DNA of 44,690 bases from assembly GCA_903839515.1 (NCBI GenBank), contig CAIMCP010000072.1, positions 1 to 44,690 of the forward strand. The letters run 5' to 3'. The position numbers were made by a program, and so were the translations under genes. This document shows, in pieces, positions 8,571 to 15,209 of the stretch (the stretch's first letter is position 1; every line of letters begins with the position of its first letter). Source of the stretch: an uncultured Candidatus Saccharibacteria bacterium. Lineage in GTDB: Bacteria > Patescibacteriota > Saccharimonadia > Saccharimonadales > UBA4665. The notes below the pieces were generated by a model that did no database searches, was not told the origin of the DNA, and was given only the letters and a program-made list of their open reading frames with translations.

Positions 8571-11500
8571 TTAGGGATTATTCTGACCATTTCCACCATT
8601 GTTTGTTGGTGGGAGATTATCTCTAATTAAGTCAGCGTTTGCTTCGGCCACGTCAGCATTTTCGTAACTCATGAATTTACCCGATGGAGTTCTGGGTCTG
8701 CCACTCGAGTCTATATCTATGATGTCATCAGACCATCTAGGATATGTAGGTGGAGTCGGTGGTGCAGGAGGAGCTGGTGGTGGAGTCGGTGGTGCAGGAG
8801 GAGCTGGTGGTGGAGTCGGTGGTGCAGGAGGCAGCCCACCAACGACCCTAACATCATCGCTTGCCCTTCTAGCTTGTGCGACTGCCTGAGTATATGCCGG
8901 ACTTGGAGGTCCTGCAACGCCACCAGGTGCAGCACTACCTGCAAATGCTTGATATCCAGCATCGCCCGCAATAAAGCTTGTTATGTGCCCTAAGCCCTCT
9001 GTCGCTGCTGTCCTTTGGTCTGGTGAAGCTGTCGCACTACTAATTATTCCCTGAAGTTCCTCCTGAGCTTGAGCTACTGCTGCATATTCTGCAACACCAG
9101 CTCCGGGCTTACTAGCGGCTTCAGCGGCACCTTGACCCTGGGCAATAAAAGCTGATGGTTTATTGTTAAGATAGGCAGTCTTATCTTGTCGAGAAACAGC
9201 TTTAATTGGATTGTACTCCACGCTAGTATCGCCAAGATGGCCAAATCCTGCCGCACCAAGTGCGCCCTTAGCTGCTATAAGTTTTTGCGAAGCAACACCA
9301 TAATTATCGTCATTCGTATCAAGAACAGTTCTCCCTTGAGCATCTGTGGTGTAATCACAACCAGTTGATCTAGCAACATCTCTCACTAGCCTATCATGTC
9401 CAATTCCTGGATCCTCACCAGAGTCTGTGTTGTATCCATACCCAGCGGCAACTTTTTGAGCAAGAAATGCATCACCAGTTCCTGCGCTCTGTCTAATTTG
9501 ACGTGCCGCAGCCACTGCACCCGCTGCGGCGCCCCCATTTGCGGTCGCTAGTCTATTTAATTCGAATTCGCCTTGTTGTCTCGACATTGCTCCGGTGGCC
9601 ATGGCTGACATAATAATTCCCGCATCATTATAGTCTGCATTGCCTTTCCACTGCTCGTTGATTGGATTGCTGGCAAGCTCTTGAGCGCCTGCAGCTCCTG
9701 TTCTTGCAGATCTTCTAATCGCAGCACCGCCCCCCCCATGTCTTAGTCTGGTCCCTATTGCACCAACTGAAGTACCGTTCTGTTCTCGTCCAGCTTGTGC
9801 TCTTCTTCTGGCGGTGTTGTAGCGACTATTAGGATCTCTTGGATCGCCTCTAAGTGATTTGTTGGCCCAATCAGCACCCTTCTTAGTCATGCCACTAACT
9901 TGAGAAATTACTCCTCCAGAAATTTTGAAAGCAAAAGGTATAAGAAAGAGCGGTATAATTCCAGCGATTATGCCTAAAATTTGGTTCCAAGAATTATCAG
10001 AAGAAAGACTTCCAAAAACTACTGCCGTAACATTGGCAATCGCTATAACCAGCATTACAACTGGATATACTACTAGGGTTTTTATTAAAAGATCCCACCA
10101 TTTTTTAAAATATTGTTCAGTGTTTGGTAGACAATATAGCGCAAAAGCAATAGGCGCTGTTATGGTTAGGAATATAATTAAGCCCTGTCTAATGACTATG
10201 GTAATGAGAACGCCAATGACCGCCAATATGGCTGGAACGGCTATTGTCAATAGCAGGAATCCAATACCGTCCCCAATAATACCAATAAGCAGAAGTGTTG
10301 CGGCTCCACCACCCGCAAGAGTTGTGAGTATTCCCGTCCCACCGCCAACCATAATGTGCCAAACTCCCGCAGCTAGAAAAGGTTGCTTTATTAGGTCGTA
10401 AACACCAGCGCCTAAGATATTAAATACATCAATCATAATCGCAACGACATATATCGATAGATTGATTAAAATAACAGCAACCAATATTCTTGGAATCATC
10501 TTTTTTATCGTATAGTTTGCAACCATCCCACCGCCAATTGCCTCAACAAGTACTGCAATCAAAAGAGCTATAATTAGGAAAAGGTTTCCATATATTCTAA
10601 AGTTTGCCCAAACATTAAAAATACACCCGCTGTTATCGTTTGGGCTACAAGTCGTACTAAAGTTTATTGGAGTGACTTTGAGTAAAGATGCCACTTCGTT
10701 TTCTATCGTAGATTCTAAGCCAGTAATACCGTCAAAAACAGCACAGGTTATCCACGAAAGAGGACCACCACTACTTAAGCAATCCTCGGAGGATGTAGGT
10801 CCACCACCCGAATTAGATGTTGAACCTGTTGACGCTGGAATCGGTACGGATGGGCTTGAGCCAGGAGTTCCTAGAACAGCTATTACAAAACCACCATTGG
10901 CATTAACGGTAGAAGGAGATCCATTAGTATAGCCAATTTGACCATAGCCTAGCAGATCTAAATAGCATGATGGAGAATAAGGAATTTTTGCTGGCGTTAT
11001 TGTAGTAGGGCTTGATTTTATTGGATAGAACGTAGCAGTACCGTTTTTGTAAACAATTATAGATGAACAGGGAGTACCAACAAGTGAGTAAACATCCCCG
11101 GCAGAGCTAATTTTTTTATCCTGATTAAATTTATTTCCTCCATTCATATTCACAATACTTGTTCCGCTAAACTCGTAGGTATATTTAGAGTTATTGCCGT
11201 CACCAATATTGATTATCGTCGTAGTCTCTGGCTGACAGCCACCGTTTCCAGTTCCAGCTCCACCCAAAAGCCACTGGGCTCTAAATTGACCACCTGCAGA
11301 TGTGCTGGCTCCAGTTCCGCCAGGAGTTGCATTTATTATTGCGTGTGAACTAGCACAAGCTGGTTTGTCGCTTGTATATTCACCCGTACCACCCGTGTAA
11401 TAGTCGTAAGCTCCATTTTTATCTATAAATTTAATAGTAGACTTATCTGGAAGTGTGCCTACGATTGTATAGGCACTTTGCCACTTAAAATCAATTGCTT

Positions 11501-11621
11501 TAACCCCAGTTTTGAAGCTTGTGAATGTTAAATCAGCAAAGGAAACCGCTTTTCCTGTAAAAACAAAAAACAGTAAGGCCAGTACTAAACTCGACGATAG
11601 AATTAATAATTTTTTTTTCAT
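8571..11621 (-). CDS. VirB6/TrbL-like polytopic channel protein with large N-terminal ectodomain and Ala/Gly/Pro-rich C-terminal tail
   Basis: Signal peptide MKKKLLILSSSLVLALLFFVFTGKAVSFA, then a ~330-aa Cys-containing domain. Next comes a block of roughly 7-8 hydrophobic helices (about aa 340-590). The last ~420 aa are an Ala/Gly-rich tail ending in PPAPPTPPPAPPAPPTPPPAPPAPPTPPT. It is the first gene of the operon. Confidence 0.75.
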   Translation of the reverse strand: MKKKLLILSSSLVLALLFFVFTGKAVSFADLTFTSFKTGVKAIDFKWQSAYTIVGTLPDKSTIKFIDKNGAYDYYTGGTGEYTSDKPACASSHAIINATPGGTGASTSAGGQFRAQWLLGGAGTGNGGCQPETTTIINIGDGNNSKYTYEFSGTSIVNMNGGNKFNQDKKISSAGDVYSLVGTPCSSIIVYKNGTATFYPIKSSPTTITPAKIPYSPSCYLDLLGYGQIGYTNGSPSTVNANGGFVIAVLGTPGSSPSVPIPASTGSTSNSGGGPTSSEDCLSSGGPLSWITCAVFDGITGLESTIENEVASLLKVTPINFSTTCSPNDNSGCIFNVWANFRIYGNLFLIIALLIAVLVEAIGGGMVANYTIKKMIPRILVAVILINLSIYVVAIMIDVFNILGAGVYDLIKQPFLAAGVWHIMVGGGTGILTTLAGGGAATLLLIGIIGDGIGFLLLTIAVPAILAVIGVLITIVIRQGLIIFLTITAPIAFALYCLPNTEQYFKKWWDLLIKTLVVYPVVMLVIAIANVTAVVFGSLSSDNSWNQILGIIAGIIPLFLIPFAFKISGGVISQVSGMTKKGADWANKSLRGDPRDPNSRYNTARRRAQAGREQNGTSVGAIGTRLRHGGGGAAIRRSARTGAAGAQELASNPINEQWKGNADYNDAGIIMSAMATGAMSRQQGEFELNRLATANGGAAAGAVAAARQIRQSAGTGDAFLAQKVAAGYGYNTDSGEDPGIGHDRLVRDVARSTGCDYTTDAQGRTVLDTNDDNYGVASQKLIAAKGALGAAGFGHLGDTSVEYNPIKAVSRQDKTAYLNNKPSAFIAQGQGAAEAASKPGAGVAEYAAVAQAQEELQGIISSATASPDQRTAATEGLGHITSFIAGDAGYQAFAGSAAPGGVAGPPSPAYTQAVAQARRASDDVRVVGGLPPAPPTPPPAPPAPPTPPPAPPAPPTPPTYPRWSDDIIDIDSSGRPRTPSGKFMSYENADVAEANADLIRDNLPPTNNGGNGQNNP
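8749..8830. repeat. Perfect 30-bp tandem repeat (about 2.7 copies) inside the VirB6-like CDS
   Basis: The plus-strand unit ggtggagtcggtggtgcaggaggagctggt occurs at 8749-8778 and 8779-8808, and partially at 8809-8830. It is in frame (10 codons) and encodes the PPAPPAPPTP repeats. Confidence 0.9.
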
Positions 11622-11752
11622 CCGACCATTACCTTTAAACTAAACATATAATCCCTAAAAGCCATATAATATAAATATATCATAACGCTAAGCTTTAATA
11701 TTAGCATTTAGTTATAAAAAAATGGATAAAATTTTACAAGAGCTCATGCATA

Positions 11753-11781
11753 TTGATTTACTGGCCTTCAGTATATATAGT
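11753..11781 (+). promoter_or_regulatory. Candidate sigma70-type promoter of the pilin array
   Basis: TTGATT (11753-58), a 17-nt spacer, then TATAGT (11776-81). The ATG at 11790 lies 8 nt after the -10, with no SD in between. Confidence 0.4.
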
Positions 11782-11789
11782 AAAACCTA

Positions 11790-12224
11790 ATGATTAAGCA
11801 TAAAAAACATAAAAACTTCACGATGAGAAAAACGTTTGTAGCTTTTTTTTGCTTATTCTTTCTTTCTATTGTCCCCGCAACCCCAGCTTTCGCCGGAAAG
11901 GTTTGTGGTGGTGGGCCTCAGCCAAATGGCGGTGACCCCTATCCGTCAACCACCACTGCAATCGATTTAGGCTGTACCGGAAAAGGAAACCCTATCATGG
12001 ATATGTTGTTTGGAGTTATTAGATTTTTGGCAGCTGGTGTTGGAGTTGTGATAATAGGATCAACAATTTTTGCTGGCGTTCAATACGCAACCGCGAGAGA
12101 TAGCCCAGAGGCCGTCCAGAAAGCTAAAGGCAGGATTATATCTAATTTAATGGCACTTCTCCTCTATATATTTGGCTATGCCCTTCTCAACTTCCTAATA
12201 CCGGGAGGGTTCTTTAACAGATGA
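11790..12224 (+). CDS. VirB2/TrbC-type T4SS pilin-like protein, paralog 1
   Basis: Signal peptide ending PAFA|G, a variable segment with 2 Cys, then two TM helices flanking a short polar loop (QYATARDSPEAVQKAKGRII). An alternative start is ATG 11823 (MRKTF). Confidence 0.7.
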   Translation: MIKHKKHKNFTMRKTFVAFFCLFFLSIVPATPAFAGKVCGGGPQPNGGDPYPSTTTAIDLGCTGKGNPIMDMLFGVIRFLAAGVGVVIIGSTIFAGVQYATARDSPEAVQKAKGRIISNLMALLLYIFGYALLNFLIPGGFFNR

Positions 12225-12589
12225 TTAATCTTCTAACATCTTTCGCAGATTCTACCTGCACATTTAGTGGAGGCGCTTTCTTGACACTACCGCACTGGTA
12301 TCAGTATTTGAGCGGTACGATGGTTAATAATGTCTGCAGCCCCCAAATTCAAGGTATTAACGATATTTGGCTTATTGTCCTTGCCGTTACAGAGATGCTA
12401 CTTCAGCTAGTTGCGCTTATTGCTATCATAATGGTTATTTATGGAGGTGTTCAAATGCTTACAAGTCAAGGGCAGCCAGATGGCATAGCTAAAGCAAGGA
12501 CGACAATTATTAATGCACTTATTGGAATGACGATATCTATTGCCGCAGCAGCCATAATAACATTCTTGGCGGGGAATATTGGCGGATGA
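12221..12589 (+). CDS. VirB2/TrbC-type pilin-like protein, paralog 2 (no obvious signal peptide)
   Basis: ATGA overlap with paralog 1. Two Cys in the N-terminal segment, then TM - QMLTSQGQPDGIAKARTTIINAL - TM. Confidence 0.65.
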   Translation: MINLLTSFADSTCTFSGGAFLTLPHWYQYLSGTMVNNVCSPQIQGINDIWLIVLAVTEMLLQLVALIAIIMVIYGGVQMLTSQGQPDGIAKARTTIINALIGMTISIAAAAIITFLAGNIGG

Positions 12590-12912
12590 TAGGAATACTT
12601 AACACCTTTCACCAATTAGCAGCATCGGGAACAGCTGCGGTCAATAGTTGTGGAACCGGAAACTGTAGTATTGGCATCCCAACGGTTGGTGCCAATAATG
12701 GATCGCTAACATCAATTCTGCAAATCGTTTTTGGAATAATTGGATCAGTCGCAGTTCTTATCATAGTATTAGCTGGGCTTCAGCTAATTACATCTGGCGG
12801 AAATCCTGAATCAGCCAAAAAAGCCAGAGAGACAATTATATATGCCGTTGCGGGACTGGTGATTGTAGTAAGTGCCGAAATTATAGTCACCTTCTTCCTG
12901 GGAAAATTGTAA
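12586..12912 (+). CDS. VirB2/TrbC-type pilin-like protein, paralog 3 (no obvious signal peptide)
   Basis: ATGA overlap with paralog 2. CGTGNC pair, then TM - LQLITSGGNPESAKKARETIIYAV - TM. Confidence 0.65.
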   Translation: MIGILNTFHQLAASGTAAVNSCGTGNCSIGIPTVGANNGSLTSILQIVFGIIGSVAVLIIVLAGLQLITSGGNPESAKKARETIIYAVAGLVIVVSAEIIVTFFLGKL

Positions 12913-12914
12913 TT

Positions 12915-13304
12915 ATGAAAAAATACCTATCAATTCTTTTAATACCATTATTTATACTCTCATTTAGTACAAATGTTTTTGCGGTAGATTTGCTCGCAAA
13001 CACATGCGCCAATGCAAACTCTAATCAGCCAGGTTCAGCTCCAGGTATCTGCAGAGATAACCAGACCAACTCCACCACAAATCCAATCTATTCAATCTTC
13101 AAAACTGTACTAAACCTTCTATCTTATGCAATTGGCTTTATATCTGTAGTTGTAATAATAATTGCAGGACTAAGGATGATTTTATCCGGAGGAGATCCGC
13201 AAACGCTGAATTCAGCCAGGAACGCAATTATTTATGCAGCTGGAGGAATAGTAATTGCTGCAATCGCTCAAATAATTGTAGTTTTTGTACTAAGCAGGTT
13301 TTAA
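12915..13304 (+). CDS. VirB2/TrbC-type pilin-like protein, paralog 4
   Basis: Signal peptide ending NVFA|V, 2 Cys, then LLSYAIGFISVVVIIIAGLRMILSGGDPQTLNSARNAIIYAAGGIVIAAIAQIIVVFVL. Confidence 0.75.
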   Translation: MKKYLSILLIPLFILSFSTNVFAVDLLANTCANANSNQPGSAPGICRDNQTNSTTNPIYSIFKTVLNLLSYAIGFISVVVIIIAGLRMILSGGDPQTLNSARNAIIYAAGGIVIAAIAQIIVVFVLSRF

Positions 13305-13320
13305 TACTATAATTAACAAT

Positions 13321-13728
13321 ATGAGAAATATAATACACAAACTTAAAATTCCAATAATTACCTTCACGATAATGATGAGCTTTGGCGTGGCCTCTAGCTC
13401 TTTAGCATTTGCGAGCCCTTTTAACAGCGCCACCAATTCTGTGTGTAACGGCGCCGCAATAAATGGTACTGGTCAATGTTCAGGAAATACAAGCCAGACC
13501 AGCCTTAATAATGTTTTAAAAACAGTACTTAACATACTGTCATTTGTTGTTGGATTTGTCGCAGTTCTTATGATTATTATAAGTGGTTTTAGGATAATTG
13601 TTTCAGGCGGCGACACGAATTCATTTAATAGCGCCAAAAATGGACTTTTGTACGCCGTAATTGGTATTGTTATTGTTGCAATATCTCAAGTCATAGTTCA
13701 GTTTGTTCTAACAAATGCTACAAAATAA
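13321..13728 (+). CDS. VirB2/TrbC-type pilin-like protein, paralog 5
   Basis: Signal peptide ending LAFA|S, 2 Cys, then ILSFVVGFVAVLMIIISGFRIIVSGGDTNSFNSAKNGLLYAVIGIVIVAISQVIVQFVL. Confidence 0.75.
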   Translation: MRNIIHKLKIPIITFTIMMSFGVASSSLAFASPFNSATNSVCNGAAINGTGQCSGNTSQTSLNNVLKTVLNILSFVVGFVAVLMIIISGFRIIVSGGDTNSFNSAKNGLLYAVIGIVIVAISQVIVQFVLTNATK

Positions 13729-13805
13729 AATACTATTGCTTAACTTGAGTTAAATATGATATATAATTAGATAAAGAAATTTAAAATTCGAAAGGCCAAT
13801 AAGAA

Positions 13806-14228
13806 ATGATTAAATCACTAAAATATAAACTATTTACACTAGCAACCGGTATTGCTTTACTGCTTCCGCTAGGTTTCAGTAGCCTTGCATATGCCCAAGG
13901 CTTTGATCAACAGAATGCATTTAAATCGCAAGGATGTTCAGGAACACAGGCCGGCGGAACAACAACATGCGCTAACGCAGGTACAAGCCTAAACACCTTA
14001 ATTAAAAATATATTGAATGTTCTATCTTATGTCGTTGGTGTCGTTGCCGTTATTATGATTATTATAGCTGGATTTAGGTACATTGTATCTGGTGGTGAAT
14101 CGGGCGGTGTTACGGGGGCCAAGAACGCAATTCTATTCGCAATCGTAGGCATAGTTATAGTGGCAATCGCTCAAATAATTGTTCAGTTTGTACTTACAAA
14201 GTCAACTGCAACCACATCTACTCCTTAA
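13806..14228 (+). CDS. VirB2/TrbC-type pilin-like protein, paralog 6
   Basis: Signal peptide ending LAYA|Q, 2 Cys, then VLSYVVGVVAVIMIIIAGFRYIVSGGESGGVTGAKNAILFAIVGIVIVAIAQIIVQFVL. It shares the 19-nt string caatcgctcaaataattgt with paralog 4. Confidence 0.75.
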   Translation: MIKSLKYKLFTLATGIALLLPLGFSSLAYAQGFDQQNAFKSQGCSGTQAGGTTTCANAGTSLNTLIKNILNVLSYVVGVVAVIMIIIAGFRYIVSGGESGGVTGAKNAILFAIVGIVIVAIAQIIVQFVLTKSTATTSTP

Positions 14229-14248
14229 GTATATATAGTATGGAAAAC

Positions 14249-14278
14249 AAAAAAGGCTCGTGCTAGCGAGCCTTTTTT
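14249..14278. terminator. Bidirectional intrinsic terminator between the pilin array and hsp20
   Basis: aaaaaaGGCTCGtgctagCGAGCCtttttt. The GC stem is at 14255-60 and 14267-72. It is flanked by an A-run and a T-run, so it reads as hairpin plus U-tract on both strands. Confidence 0.75.
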
Positions 14279-14297
14279 AATATCTATTATTTTTTGT

Positions 14298-14771
14298 TTA
14301 TAAAATCTGTATTTTCTTTATTGTATCTTGCTTCATTTTTGCGAAGCTAATAGTTAGTACGCCGTCTTTTAGTTGAGCCTGAATATCGTCTTCCTTTACG
14401 GAAACCGGCAAGGCTAAACTTCTTGAGAACTCTCCCCAGTAACATTCCTGGACAAAATAATTCTCAACATCATCTTCGTTACCCGCTGATAGTGTTCCTC
14501 TAATACTTAAAGTATTGTCGGAGATGCTAACATCTAGGTCACTTTTGTTTACCCCTGCTGTCCTAGCCTTAACAACTAGTTTTTCTCTTGTCTCATAGAC
14601 GTCGACAGCTAATTGTCCTGGGACTGCTTCATCTTCATCCCATTCTTCATTTACTGCTTCTGGTGCCCCACTAGGTTGATCTGGTGCAGCTGAATCGTCG
14701 TCTCCTAGAAATGCTGCTGTAAGTTCATCCTCTTCCATCAAAAGGTCGTCGTCGCGGTTATTTCGCGCCAT
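14298..14771 (-). CDS. Hsp20/alpha-crystallin small heat-shock protein
   Basis: Alpha-crystallin domain LAVDVYETREKLVVKARTAGVNKSDLDVSISDNTLSIRG..GEFSRSLALPVSVKEDDIQAQLKDGVLTISF. I chose the start at ATG 14771 (MARNN) because GGAGGG lies 7 nt upstream; the track start is 14786. Confidence 0.85.
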   Translation of the reverse strand: MARNNRDDDLLMEEDELTAAFLGDDDSAAPDQPSGAPEAVNEEWDEDEAVPGQLAVDVYETREKLVVKARTAGVNKSDLDVSISDNTLSIRGTLSAGNEDDVENYFVQECYWGEFSRSLALPVSVKEDDIQAQLKDGVLTISFAKMKQDTIKKIQIL

Positions 14772-14828
14772 ATTGTTACCCTCCATTGATTTATGCTATT
14801 TGTACTTACCCTTTTTGTCTTAGTGTTA

Positions 14829-14857
14829 AGTATATCTATGTTTATGAAAATGAGCAA
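14829..14857 (-). promoter_or_regulatory. Candidate hsp20 promoter
   Basis: On the minus strand: TTGCTC (14857-52), a 17-nt spacer, then TATACT (14834-29). Confidence 0.4.
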
Positions 14858-14937
14858 CTAGTCATTTAGATATTTACAACACAATAATTACAACATTGCT
14901 GATATTTTATTTTATACAATGAAATTTTAGGAATTCT

Positions 14938-14946
14938 TGATATAAT
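14938..14946 (+). promoter_or_regulatory. Extended -10 promoter (TGATATAAT) for the tRNA-Ser pair
   Basis: A perfect TGnTATAAT sits 11 nt upstream of the mature tRNA 5' end at 14958. Confidence 0.5.
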
Positions 14947-14957
14947 CGTAACTGATT

Positions 14958-15047
14958 GGAAGGGTCGCATAGTGGTCGAGTGCACCTGTCTTGAAAACAG
15001 GAGAACCGGAAACGGTTCCGTGGGTTCGAATCCCACCCCTTCCGCCA
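14958..15047 (+). tRNA. tRNA-Ser (anticodon UGA), CCA encoded
   Basis: Hand-folded. Acceptor GGAAGGG/CCCTTCC; anticodon stem CCTGT/ACAGG with loop CTTGAAA; long variable arm GAACCG-GAAA-CGGTTC; T arm GTGGG-TTCGAAT-CCCAC. Confidence 0.9.
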
Positions 15048-15082
15048 TTGTACTTTTATTAGGTACAATTATGTGAATCTAT

Positions 15083-15175
15083 GGAGAGGTACCCAAGTGG
15101 CTGAAGGGGACGGTTTGCTAAATCGTTAGGGGGGCGAAAGTTCCCGCGAGGGTTCGAATCCCTCCCTCTCCGCCA
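15083..15175 (+). tRNA. tRNA-Ser (anticodon GCU), CCA encoded
   Basis: Acceptor GGAGAGG/CCTCTCC; anticodon loop TTGCTAA; long variable arm; T loop GGTTCGAATCC. Confidence 0.9.
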
Positions 15176-15209
15176 GATTCAACTAATTCAATCGCAGATT
15201 ACTTCCTAT

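Noticed and set aside
8749-8830. The tandem repeat as a CRISPR array or non-coding satellite.
   Set aside because: The units are directly adjacent with no spacers. They are in frame and lie inside a long ORF, where they encode a proline-rich peptide repeat.
9925-10401. A 158-aa plus-strand ORF inside the T4SS operon. Similar plus-strand ORFs occur at 2904-3185, 3633-3836, 4359-4670, 4888-5232, 5620-5937, 7882-8196, 8671-8889 and 10672-10932.
   Set aside because: All lie antisense within long, motif-supported minus-strand genes. Their translations are low-complexity mirror images (for example poly-Gly/Ala opposite the Pro-rich repeat). None has a start context or recognisable motif. I treat them as frame-shadow artefacts.
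13745-13767. A separate promoter for pilin paralog 6 (TTGAGT ... TATAAT in the 77-nt gap).
   Set aside because: The spacing between the candidate -35 and -10 elements is only 11 nt, or 20 nt using the alternative TTGCTT. Neither is compatible with a standard sigma70 promoter, so it is not reported as a feature.
1-14228. Calling the T4SS locus an integrative conjugative element or plasmid remnant.
   Set aside because: No integrase, relaxase, coupling ATPase, partition genes or flanking direct repeats are visible in the window. The left boundary is not in view, so mobility can be neither asserted nor excluded.
14866-15048. A 60-aa minus-strand ORF.
   Set aside because: It is the antisense of tRNA-Ser(UGA) and its promoter region. 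The peptide MAEGVGFEPTEP is the typical shadow of a tRNA T-arm.
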